Positions 1 through 7,869 of a stretch of DNA of 24,406 bases are shown here, in pieces. Origin of the DNA: Bdellovibrionota bacterium (GTDB lineage Bacteria > Bdellovibrionota_C > UBA2361 > OMII01); the NCBI GenBank assembly GCA_044356215.1, contig JBIKWQ010000054.1:1-24406 (forward strand), read 5' to 3'. Each line of letters opens with the position of its first letter. Within the stretch, counting starts at the first letter, position 1. The notes beneath the pieces are model-generated. The model saw nothing but the letters and a program-made list of their open reading frames with translations, made no database searches and was not told where the DNA came from. A program made the position numbers and the translations under genes.

Positions 1-158
1 CGAAAGCGGATCTTGAGCTGCTCTTCGAGTTTTCGAGATGAAAAAAAATCCTCAATGTATCACAGTGGATACACTTGCGGTTTTTTCCCATCTCGAAAAT
101 CGAATATCAACTCAACCTCCACTTTCTCGCTACGGGTAGGTTTTGCCGGCCTTCCCTA
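1..158 (-). mobile_element. Long palindromic miniature element (MITE/REP-like), cut by the window's left edge, inserted into the GroES-like gene
   Basis: 1-128 is an imperfect palindrome centred near 64 (TGTATC 56-61 / GATACA 68-73; TTTTCGAGATG / CATCTCGAAAA; outer arms GAAAGCGGA..TTGAGCTG vs GAAAGTGGA..TTGAGTTG). The minus-strand end TAGGGAAGGCCGGCAAAACC (158-139) recurs at about 2084-2103 and 2973-2992. Confidence 0.7.
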
Positions 159-441
159 GGGGGATACCGCTGATATTTGTTTCCTCCTCGGTGCGGGTAT
201 CGAGTGCGCTAGCCACCTCGATAACTTGAGCCAGTACACTCTCTTAAGTGGCTTCTTTCGCGCCTTCAGGAAGATATAACCCTCCATCGGTTACGTTGGC
301 TTCTTTTACGATTTTGGCCACAACGCGAAGTCCTAACGGATGAAGGCGACGCATCGGCTTGCTACTCTCATGAGCCCTATCATCAAACACTGGTTTGTCC
401 GAGTCTGGGGAGTCCATGTCGTCGAATTTGCGATTTTTCAT
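154..441 (-). pseudogene. GroES/Cpn10-like co-chaperonin with an in-frame TAA at 244-246, truncated by the palindromic element
   Basis: LHPLGLRVVAKIVKEANVTDGGLYLPEGAKE matches the Cpn10 N-terminus and mobile loop (PL.DRV...GGI.LP). The frame continues past the TAA as ESVLAQVIEVASALDTRTEEETNISGIPLG, then enters the element and stops at TAG 130-132. The C-terminal strands of Cpn10 are absent. Confidence 0.75.
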
Positions 442-703
442 CTCTTGCTCCGGTGCTCCTGCTTGCTGTCAGAAACGAAGCCGTATTGTAACGATGGTTG
501 GTCTATATGTATACCCAGTTTTTTATTCTAGCGACTGTAGTTTCTGGCTTAATACCTATAAACTTGGACCGTTTAAGCTAGTGAGATACTCTTAGTTTAT
601 GAATGATCTCAGAGTGGCCGCGCGGAATAGCGACACACCCTCGAATGTTTAAGCGGCCTGAGATTTTTAAATTAGTTTTATTAACGGGAATTGAGGAGAA
701 GCC

Positions 704-1993
704 ATGACAGAGACCGCCAGCCTGAAGCTAGGGGACCAGAGTATTGATTTGCCAGTAATCGTCGGGACCGAGAATGAGAAGGCGGTCGATGTATCTTCAC
801 TCCGCCAAAAGACGGGTTTCATCACCCTTGATAACGGGTATATGAACACCGGCGCTTGCTCAAGCGCGATCACCTTTATCGATGGTGAGAAAGGAATACT
901 GCGTTATCGTGGGATTCCGATCGAGGTGTTGGCTGAGAAGAGTACCTTCCTAGAGACCTCTTATCTCTTAATTAATGGCAAGCTCCCAAATGAACGGGAG
1001 CTAGAGGGATTTACCACACGTGTACGTAGGCACACGATGCTTCACGAAGATATTAAGAGCTTCTTCAATGGATTCCCTCGTGACGCGCACCCGATGGCGA
1101 TCTTGGCGTCGGTTGTTTCATCACTCTCGACATTTTATCAGCATGAGACGAGCCGCACGGAAGAAGAGCAGCTCCAGTTAAACATGGTGCGACTCTTGGC
1201 CAAGCTTCCAACTATCGCCGCGTACGCATACAAGAAGTCGATCGGCCAGCCGTTTATGTATCCGCAGAACAGCAACAACTACTGCGAAAATTTTCTGCAC
1301 ATGATGTTTTCTACACCAGCAGAGCACTATGAAGTTGATCCAGTAATGGCGGAAACTTTAAATCTCTTGTTGATTCTTCACGCAGATCACGAGCAGAACT
1401 GCTCAACTTCAACGGTTCGTATGGTTAGTAGCAGTAAGGCTAATATATTCGCTGCTATTACCGCGGGAATCTGCGCCCTTTGGGGTCCTCGTCACGGAGG
1501 AGCCAATGAGGAAGTGATCGAGATGCTTGAGCAGATGCGCGCTGATGGAGGTAAGGTCCAGAAGTATATCGATATGGCCAAGGATAAAAACGCCAAATTT
1601 AAGTTAATGGGATTTGGGCATCGCGTTTATAAGAATTTTGATCCGCGTGCTAAAATAATTAAAGAGGCATGCGATCGTCTCTTAACTAAGATGAAGATCT
1701 CGGATCCTCTCTTGGATATCGCTAAGGAGCTAGAAGAGGCAGCGTTAAAGGATCCGTATTTTGTTGAGCGTAAGCTTTACCCGAACGTTGATTTCTATAG
1801 TGGTATTATCTACAAGGCGATGCAGATCCCAACACGCGCGTTTACCGTGATGTTCGCGATGGGGCGTCTACCAGGATGGATAGCTCACGCCAAGGAGTAT
1901 GGTGAGGAGGTGGGCAACAAGATCAACCGTCCGCGTCAGGTCTATACAGGGCCGCTAGTTTCGCCCTATGTGCCGATGAGTGAGAGAAAGTAG
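704..1993 (+). CDS. gltA: Citrate synthase (type II, GltA-like)
   Basis: Motifs IDGEKGILRYRG, AHPM, LHADHEQNCST, LWGPRHGGAN, LMGFGHRVYKNFDPR, LYPNVDFYSG, RPRQVYTG; SD GAGGAG upstream. Confidence 0.97.
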   Translation: MTETASLKLGDQSIDLPVIVGTENEKAVDVSSLRQKTGFITLDNGYMNTGACSSAITFIDGEKGILRYRGIPIEVLAEKSTFLETSYLLINGKLPNERELEGFTTRVRRHTMLHEDIKSFFNGFPRDAHPMAILASVVSSLSTFYQHETSRTEEEQLQLNMVRLLAKLPTIAAYAYKKSIGQPFMYPQNSNNYCENFLHMMFSTPAEHYEVDPVMAETLNLLLILHADHEQNCSTSTVRMVSSSKANIFAAITAGICALWGPRHGGANEEVIEMLEQMRADGGKVQKYIDMAKDKNAKFKLMGFGHRVYKNFDPRAKIIKEACDRLLTKMKISDPLLDIAKELEEAALKDPYFVERKLYPNVDFYSGIIYKAMQIPTRAFTVMFAMGRLPGWIAHAKEYGEEVGNKINRPRQVYTGPLVSPYVPMSERK

Positions 1994-2103
1994 GGAGGGG
2001 GCGAGGGAAAACCTTGCTTACGCGAGTTTTTGCTCGGCAGTGGCGCCGGTCCCGCCGTTTTTAACAAAACATCGCGTAAGCGAGGTTTTGCCGCTCTCCC
2101 TTA
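1991..2103 (+). repeat. Palindromic element of the TAGGGA(A/G)G family starting at the gltA stop codon
   Basis: AAAACCTTGCTTACGCGA (2008-2025) pairs with TCGCGTAAGCGAGGTTTT (2072-2089) with one G-U; outer AGGGAGGG / CTCTCCCT. The right arm reverse-complements to TAAGGGAGAGCGGCAAAACCTCGCTT, similar to 139-158 and 2973-3003. Confidence 0.75.
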
Positions 2104-2110
2104 GATCGGC

Positions 2111-2138
2111 TCAAGCCCCGGCCTAAATCAGCCGATAA
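2111..2138 (+). promoter_or_regulatory. Putative sigma-28 (FliA/SigD)-type promoter
   Basis: TCAA(G) at 2111, 16 nt from TCAA to a perfect GCCGATAA at 2131-2138, about 40 nt upstream of ATG 2181 (SD GGGGAG). Confidence 0.6.
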
Positions 2139-2180
2139 TCCTCCTACAACAGCCAACACGCGAACTAGGGGAGTTGAAAT

Positions 2181-2975
2181 ATGGATTGCGATACAGACGT
2201 TACTGATATCGATTCTCTAAGAAGATTGGTAATCCGCGATATTCTCTACCCACTTGCAGGAGGGGCTGAGCGACGTGTTATCCCAGTCAATACTGTTCTC
2301 GAATTCGACCCGCAGCTAATCTGGTTGGTGGATTCAGGTTCCGTAACCCTTGAAAGAGGAGGTCGCGCTATTCTTGAGCTTAGGCCCGAAGATATCTTGG
2401 GGCCATGGCTATCATCGGGTTCACCGCTCTCGCTTGTCACAGCGGATCATCACCCTTGCGAATTGGTCGGATTCTCTTGGGATGTAATTGAGCATTCCTT
2501 AGCTGATGATCAGGATAAACTTAACCTTTGGTGTCAATTCCAAGCATCTCTAGCATCGTGGTTTTTTGCTAGCTTTGCTGAGCTAAAGATCTGCGCGGCT
2601 CCACCTTTGCCTAAATATCGTCACTACACGCGCGGTGAGACGATTATTTTGGAAGGCGATGTTGGCGGTGAGGTTTTCATACTTACGAACGGAGCAGCTT
2701 CAGTTCAGGTAAGAGGCGCCACTGTCGGTCAGATTCATGAGGATGAGGTGTTCGGCGCTCTAGGTGCGCTGACCAATCGAGGCAAAAGGACAGCCACGGT
2801 GATAGCCACGGAGCCCTCCGATTGTATGATTTTTGAGCGCGATGAATTTAGAGATCTGCTGCGCGGTAATCCAAAATTAATGGAGAAGCTCTTCGTGGAT
2901 ATGGCGCGCGCTTTAAACGACGCCAATGATTCGATGCTAAAAGCCAGCAGCACTAAGTGGCAACATCTGTTTTAA
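2181..2975 (+). CDS. Cyclic-nucleotide-binding domain protein (degenerate N-terminal plus C-terminal cNMP domain, no HTH)
   Basis: C-terminal GETIILEGDVGGEVFILTNGAASV...EVFGALGAL...RTATVIATEPSD is a CAP/cNMP barrel; N-terminal IWLVDSGSVTL...LRPEDILG looks like a second, degenerate copy. Confidence 0.85.
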   Translation: MDCDTDVTDIDSLRRLVIRDILYPLAGGAERRVIPVNTVLEFDPQLIWLVDSGSVTLERGGRAILELRPEDILGPWLSSGSPLSLVTADHHPCELVGFSWDVIEHSLADDQDKLNLWCQFQASLASWFFASFAELKICAAPPLPKYRHYTRGETIILEGDVGGEVFILTNGAASVQVRGATVGQIHEDEVFGALGALTNRGKRTATVIATEPSDCMIFERDEFRDLLRGNPKLMEKLFVDMARALNDANDSMLKASSTKWQHLF

Positions 2976-3003
2976 GGACGGCCGGCAAAACCTCGCTTCC
3001 CTA
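2973..3003 (+). repeat. Short copy of the TAGGGAAG-family element at a stop codon
   Basis: TAAGGACGGCCGGCAAAACCTCGCTTCCCTA shares GGCCGGCAAAACC with 139-151 (minus) and GGCAAAACCTCGCTT with 2078-2092 (minus), and ends in CTTCCCTA. Confidence 0.65.
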
Positions 3004-3010
3004 AGCAGAC

Positions 3011-3038
3011 GTGACAAAATTCACAAACTAGGTACGAT
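3011..3038 (+). promoter_or_regulatory. Putative sigma-70 promoter, possibly leaderless
   Basis: GTGACA-16 nt-TACGAT, with 8 nt between the -10 and ATG 3047; no SD. Confidence 0.4.
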
Positions 3039-3046
3039 AGCTCCTC

Positions 3047-3706
3047 ATGACACGTCACGAATCACTCCAATCAGAGGAGTCCGCGGTAGGACTCCGTTTT
3101 TTGTATCGACCAGGCACTCGCGATGACGCGCCGCTTGTTGTATTAGTTCATGGGCGTGCTGGAAATAGGTCAGTTATGTGGACCTTTGAGCGTGGGATTC
3201 CAGAGGATTGTCATGTGGTCGCGTTCGAAGGGTTTCTTGCGGATCCAATCGGTGGCTGGAGTTGGTGGGATATGGCACTACCCGGCTCAAAGAGAGATGC
3301 GATTGTTCTAGCCGCTGGAAGATTAACTAAAGCTATCGAGAGCTTTATAAAGCTCTATTCGCTGCGACCAGAGCGTCTTTTAGGAATGGGTTTTTCGCAG
3401 GGAAGTGTGCTTCTTTCGGCGGTGGCTTTGCGTGGATTCGTTGAGTTTGACGGGATAGCTGTTCTAGCGGGATTTGTTTTTCAGCCCGAGACTCCGCTTA
3501 AATTAGCCAAGGTGCCATCAGTTTTTATAGCTCACGGAACAGACGACCAAACTATCCCTGTGAGTCAGGCGCGTGATGGAGTCGAGGCTTTGAAGAATCT
3601 TGGAGTTCCCGTGCAGTACGTCGAGGAAGATGTGGGGCATAAAATAGGGATTCAAAGTACAAGGGCGCTTAAAGCCTGGATTGTCTCCATGATCGCCGGA
3701 GAATGA
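3047..3706 (+). CDS. Alpha/beta hydrolase, phospholipase/carboxylesterase family
   Basis: LVHGRAG oxyanion loop, GFSQG nucleophile elbow, IAHGTDD (Asp) and VGH (His) triad. Confidence 0.9.
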   Translation: MTRHESLQSEESAVGLRFLYRPGTRDDAPLVVLVHGRAGNRSVMWTFERGIPEDCHVVAFEGFLADPIGGWSWWDMALPGSKRDAIVLAAGRLTKAIESFIKLYSLRPERLLGMGFSQGSVLLSAVALRGFVEFDGIAVLAGFVFQPETPLKLAKVPSVFIAHGTDDQTIPVSQARDGVEALKNLGVPVQYVEEDVGHKIGIQSTRALKAWIVSMIAGE

Positions 3707-3733
3707 GAAAATACGAGCTGAGAATTTGTCTGG

Positions 3734-3886
3734 TAGGGCGTCGCAGTTCTTTATCACCACAGAGGACGCAGAGAATAGGTCGTTTTATTGGCAATTATGG
3801 AGATTCTCTGTGTCCTCTGCGTCCTCTGTGGTAAGAATTTTTTACTAATTATCCCAGTAGCTTACCAAAAACACTGCGCCGCCCTA
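3734..3886. mobile_element. 153-bp MITE with 14-bp terminal inverted repeats, 9-bp target-site duplication and a nested REP pair
   Basis: TIRs TAGGGCGTCGCAGT (3734-3747) / ACTGCGCCGCCCTA (3873-3886), 13/14 match; direct repeat TTTGTCTGG at 3725-3733 and 3887-3895; internal perfect 18-bp inverted repeat at 3756-3773 / 3815-3832. Confidence 0.85.
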
Positions 3887-3960
3887 TTTGTCTGGCAACC
3901 TCAGAAGCGGCTTTAGCATCTTATCTTTGACAAAAGTCTTATTCACACAGATTTAAAGAT

Positions 3961-4881
3961 ATGTCAGTCAAAAGTCTCGACCGAGTTATCAGTCCAGCCC
4001 TGTTTCAGAAGATCGCTAAGGTTACGGGGAAGACTTCTGGTTCAGCGAGCTCTTCATCCTCAGTCACTCAGGAACTAACGGGGCAGGCGCTTTACGATTC
4101 ATTACGGGTTGGAGCACAGAATTTCGCCGCTGGCATGCAGCTTCTTGGCGCTGGCGCAACTTTTGTTAATCTCTCGCTTGATACCAGCGAGAAGCTTCTT
4201 GAAATAGTGGATAAGTTGGAGAAGATCGCCGATAAAGCCAACAAAGGTAGCGTCGCTAGTTCAGCAGCCAAAAGAATGCGCGATGAATTTGATTCGCTTG
4301 CTAATCAGTTCGATAAAAAAATTGAGGACGCCAAAAAAGATAACATCGATATTTTAGATGTGGAGCAATTAAAGGCTGAATTGGCGCGGGCCGGTTTGGA
4401 GTCTGATAAGATTAGCGAGCTCGCCACTTCCCTTAAACGTTTTACGCACCCCGCGGAATCAACATTAAACGCCGATGGTGAGTTAGTCTCTGATGGTAAT
4501 CCAGTGCCTCTTGCTGAATTTCAGAGAGCATTAAAGTCGGCGATAATAGATCCAGATGATCCGAGTGATGATCGTTCGGGGTTCTTTAGCCGGATAAGAA
4601 AAGACCTTCAAGATATAAAGCTAAAGTTAGAAGCTAACGTTTCCGCCTTGAAGGATACCGGGAAGCTTGTTGGTGAAAATATAAAATTAGTTAGGGCGGC
4701 GGGTTTGGCGTTTCTTGAAGTATCAGATGAAATGACAGGGCTTGAGAGCGCCGAGAAAATCGCGTCTCAAATTCGTGACAAGATCCGTAGCGCAGCTAGG
4801 CCTTCGCTAGCTGAGGCGCACAACCTTGAGCCGATCTTGGTGGCGGGTTTGGCGGCTCTCGGCGAGAAGAGTCAGGGTTAA
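3961..4881 (+). CDS. Hypothetical helical protein, divergent flagellin-like
   Basis: SLRVGAQNFAAGMQLL...LLEIVDKLEKIADKANKG...RMRDEFDSLANQFDKKIE parallels the flagellin N-terminal helices (A.rN..dGisl....e...il.r.relA.qa.ng......q.E...l...id.i). The C-terminus IRSAARPSLAEAHNLEPILVAGL parallels flagellin's ..qa..a.laqan..p..vl.ll. Confidence 0.55.
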   Translation: MSVKSLDRVISPALFQKIAKVTGKTSGSASSSSSVTQELTGQALYDSLRVGAQNFAAGMQLLGAGATFVNLSLDTSEKLLEIVDKLEKIADKANKGSVASSAAKRMRDEFDSLANQFDKKIEDAKKDNIDILDVEQLKAELARAGLESDKISELATSLKRFTHPAESTLNADGELVSDGNPVPLAEFQRALKSAIIDPDDPSDDRSGFFSRIRKDLQDIKLKLEANVSALKDTGKLVGENIKLVRAAGLAFLEVSDEMTGLESAEKIASQIRDKIRSAARPSLAEAHNLEPILVAGLAALGEKSQG

Positions 4882-5020
4882 GCACGAGAGGGAATCCCCT
4901 CACGCTCGTTTGCGCTATTTATTAACGAGAGAAATCAGCTAGATCCAGAGTGCGGAAGAAATGCCAGACTCTTCATACTAGAGCTGGATCGATTCTTGAA
5001 AAACTTGTATTATCAATCGG

Positions 5021-5049
5021 TTGTCCTAATTGTTGATGTTAAATAGTGT
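5021..5049 (+). promoter_or_regulatory. Putative sigma-70 promoter for sucA
   Basis: TTGTCC-17 nt-TAGTGT, 11 nt before ATG 5061; no SD. Confidence 0.4.
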
Positions 5050-5060
5050 GGTCCCTATCT

Positions 5061-7847
5061 ATGAGTGATGAATCTGTTTACTCCTCCTTTGGTTCAAATG
5101 CTGGTTACCTAGCTGAGCTTTATCAGCTCTTTAAAGAGGACCCGTCACTTGTTGGTCCTGAATGGGCGGATTTTTTCCACCGAAGCGGGTTTAATGGTTC
5201 AAACAGCTCCGTCCCTAATAATGGTTCTAATGGAGCGGCGCACGCTAACGGCGCTCATGCACAAGTTGCAAGCAAGACAAAGGTTGTCGAGAGCTCAAAC
5301 ACTTCCGCTGATGCTATTGCGGATAAGGCTATCGATGCGTTTAGGCGCTGGGGGCACCTTGCGGCGCTGCTAAGCCCGATTGATGCAGGCGGCGTATCTG
5401 CTAGAAGATCTTCTGAGATAGAGGCTGATAGTTACATTGTCGGCAAGAGTCCTGCGGAACTAACCCTAAAGGGCCGAACATTCGCCGGAAAGAGTGTTGG
5501 ATCAATAAACGAGCTGATCACGGCACTTCAGTCGGTTTATTGCGGAACTATTGGTTTCGAGTTTGAGCACATTACGTCGCCAGAGGAGCGTGCTTGGTTA
5601 CGAGATCGTGTTGAGCGTTCTCTTAATGCGGGCTCGTATTTCTCTGCAGCCGAGAGCAAGAATTTTCTTGGGATGTTAATCAAAGCGGGATTGCTTGAGT
5701 CAGAGCTTCATCGCAAATACGTCGGATCGAAGTGGTTCTCGCTAGATGGTAACGATTCTTTAATGTCAGCGATCGAGGTCTTGTTAAGCGGCTGCGCGCG
5801 TTCGGGGGTAAAGGAGGTTATCTTCGGAATGGCACACCGAGGGCGCATGAATGTTTTGGTAAATGTTTTTGGAATGCCGTTAGAGCGACTCTTTGCTGAA
5901 TTTGAGGATCGCTCGGTAGCAACTGTAGTTGGAGCCGGAGACGTTAAGTATCACCTAGGTTTGAAAGGTGAGTATTCACACGAGTCAGGTCCTGTTCAAT
6001 TAGAGCTACTTCCGAATCCGTCGCATCTTGAGTTTGTAAATCCGGTAGTATCAGGAGTAGCCAGAGCAAAGCAGGACTCTCTCTATAACGGCGATAGGCG
6101 GGCGGTGCTTGGTCTATTAATGCACGGCGATGCCGCTTTCGCTGGCCAGGGTACCGTATTTGAGTGCTTAAACTACGCAGGCCTTGATGGATATTCAACG
6201 GGTGGCACGTTCCATATCGTGATTAATAATCAGATCGGATTCACCACGACCCCTGATGAGGCACGCTCAACTAGGTACTGCACAGACCTAGCGAAGGGCC
6301 TGGACATTCCAGTTTTTCACGTAAACAACGAAGATCCTGAGGCTGCCTGCTGGATTACCCAGTTGGCTTTGGATTACCGTAATACATTCGGTAAGGATGT
6401 AATCATCGATCTGATCGGTCACCGAAAGTACGGGCACAACGAGGGGGATGATCCAAGCTTTACGCAGCCACTGACCTACAACGAGATTAAATCCAAAAGG
6501 CAGCTCTGGCAGCAGTACGGAGAGAAACTTGTCGCGGCGGGCTCGATAGATCAGAGCTTTATCGATGAGTCGGTTGATAGCTTTAAGAAGAGATTCTCTG
6601 AGGCTGGAGAGAAGGTGAGAGCTGGGTGTGAGGGTGAAGCATGTTCAACTCACGGAAAGCTGCATCCTAAGCCAGTTGAAACGGCCGTCTCGGAGGAGAG
6701 GCTAAAAGAGCTAGCTCGCGAATTGGTGGCTTTCCCAGAGAGTTTTGTAGCTCATCCGAAGTTAGCCAAAATCCTTCAGAAGCGAGTTGAGAACGTAGAG
6801 GCCGGAAAAGATATCGAATGGGGTGTAGCGGAAGCGTTAGCCTTTGGTTCGTTGGTTCAGGACGGAGTCCCGGTGCGTTTAAGTGGTCAGGATTGTCGCC
6901 GCGGAACTTTTAGTCACAGGCACCTGGTGCTAGACCATTACGAGAAACCAGAGATCTGGAGCCCACTAGGCGAGCTATCGAGGAAGCTAAATAATGGGTC
7001 TCGTTTCGAAGTTCATAACAGCTCCCTCTCTGAGAGCGCGGTGCTGGGTTTTGAGTTCGGATACGCGGCTAATGAGCAGAAAGGCTTAACCATGTGGGAG
7101 GCGCAGTTTGGCGACTTCTCCAACGGTGCTCAGTGTATCATCGATCAGTTTATCGTTAGCTCAGAGGCTAAGTGGGGACAGCTCTCCGGAGTTACTTTAT
7201 TGTTGCCGCACGGCTTTGAGGGACAGGGTCCTGAGCACTCGAGCGCCAGGCTAGAGAGATATCTGCAGCTCTGCGCTGATAATAACATAAGCGTATGTTA
7301 TCCAACTAACGCCGCGCAGATCTTTCACCTATTAAGGCGCCAAGGATCTCGTGATCTAAAGCGACCATTAGTTGTGATGACTCCTAAGAGTCTGTTGCGA
7401 CTTCCAGCCGCCATGAGTTCAATCGAAGAGCTATCTAACGGTGGATTCAAGAGGGTGATAGTAGAGGAGCCTGTAGCCAAGAATGCTAAGAGCTTGGTGC
7501 TCCTAAGTGGTAAGGTTTACTACGACGTAGCTGCTGGAATTAAGGAAGCCGGTGTAGATAAATCGGTCGCTTTAGCGCGAATAGAGGAGCTTCATCCACT
7601 TCCCGGTCAGGAGATATCAGAGCTATTTAGCCGCTCTAAGTTCTCTAAGATCATCTGGGTTCAAGAGGAACCACAGAATCAGGGAGCATGGGGTTATATA
7701 GCGCCGCGATTAAAGGATTTAACTGGCATGAGCCCAGAGTATGTCGGCCGCCAAGCCGCTGGCGAGACAGCCACAGGTTCAGCGAAGCATCACGCCAAAC
7801 AGCAAAAGGGGATTATTAGCGATCTGATCTCGAAGATTCAAAGTTAA
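5061..7847 (+). CDS. sucA: 2-oxoglutarate dehydrogenase E1 component
   Basis: N-terminal NAGYLAELYQLF..DP.LV..EW..FF; GMAHRGRMNVL, GDVKYHLG, NPSHLE, HGDAAFAGQG (TPP motif), NNQIGFTT, GHNEGDDP, WEAQFGDF, GPEHSSARLER. ATG 5061 preferred over GTG 5046. Confidence 0.97.
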   Translation: MSDESVYSSFGSNAGYLAELYQLFKEDPSLVGPEWADFFHRSGFNGSNSSVPNNGSNGAAHANGAHAQVASKTKVVESSNTSADAIADKAIDAFRRWGHLAALLSPIDAGGVSARRSSEIEADSYIVGKSPAELTLKGRTFAGKSVGSINELITALQSVYCGTIGFEFEHITSPEERAWLRDRVERSLNAGSYFSAAESKNFLGMLIKAGLLESELHRKYVGSKWFSLDGNDSLMSAIEVLLSGCARSGVKEVIFGMAHRGRMNVLVNVFGMPLERLFAEFEDRSVATVVGAGDVKYHLGLKGEYSHESGPVQLELLPNPSHLEFVNPVVSGVARAKQDSLYNGDRRAVLGLLMHGDAAFAGQGTVFECLNYAGLDGYSTGGTFHIVINNQIGFTTTPDEARSTRYCTDLAKGLDIPVFHVNNEDPEAACWITQLALDYRNTFGKDVIIDLIGHRKYGHNEGDDPSFTQPLTYNEIKSKRQLWQQYGEKLVAAGSIDQSFIDESVDSFKKRFSEAGEKVRAGCEGEACSTHGKLHPKPVETAVSEERLKELARELVAFPESFVAHPKLAKILQKRVENVEAGKDIEWGVAEALAFGSLVQDGVPVRLSGQDCRRGTFSHRHLVLDHYEKPEIWSPLGELSRKLNNGSRFEVHNSSLSESAVLGFEFGYAANEQKGLTMWEAQFGDFSNGAQCIIDQFIVSSEAKWGQLSGVTLLLPHGFEGQGPEHSSARLERYLQLCADNNISVCYPTNAAQIFHLLRRQGSRDLKRPLVVMTPKSLLRLPAAMSSIEELSNGGFKRVIVEEPVAKNAKSLVLLSGKVYYDVAAGIKEAGVDKSVALARIEELHPLPGQEISELFSRSKFSKIIWVQEEPQNQGAWGYIAPRLKDLTGMSPEYVGRQAAGETATGSAKHHAKQQKGIISDLISKIQS

Positions 7848-7869
7848 TCGCCGTCAGAGGTACATCTTC

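Noticed and set aside
244..246. Stop-codon reassignment or programmed read-through of TAA
   Set aside because: TAA, TAG and TGA all end other clear genes in this window, and the gene is truncated downstream anyway.
4884..4992. Short hairpins after the flagellin-like gene (GAGGG/CCCTC; GATCCAG/CTGGATC) as a riboswitch or sucA leader RNA
   Set aside because: Short stems, no recognisable motif, and they lie upstream of the candidate sucA promoter.
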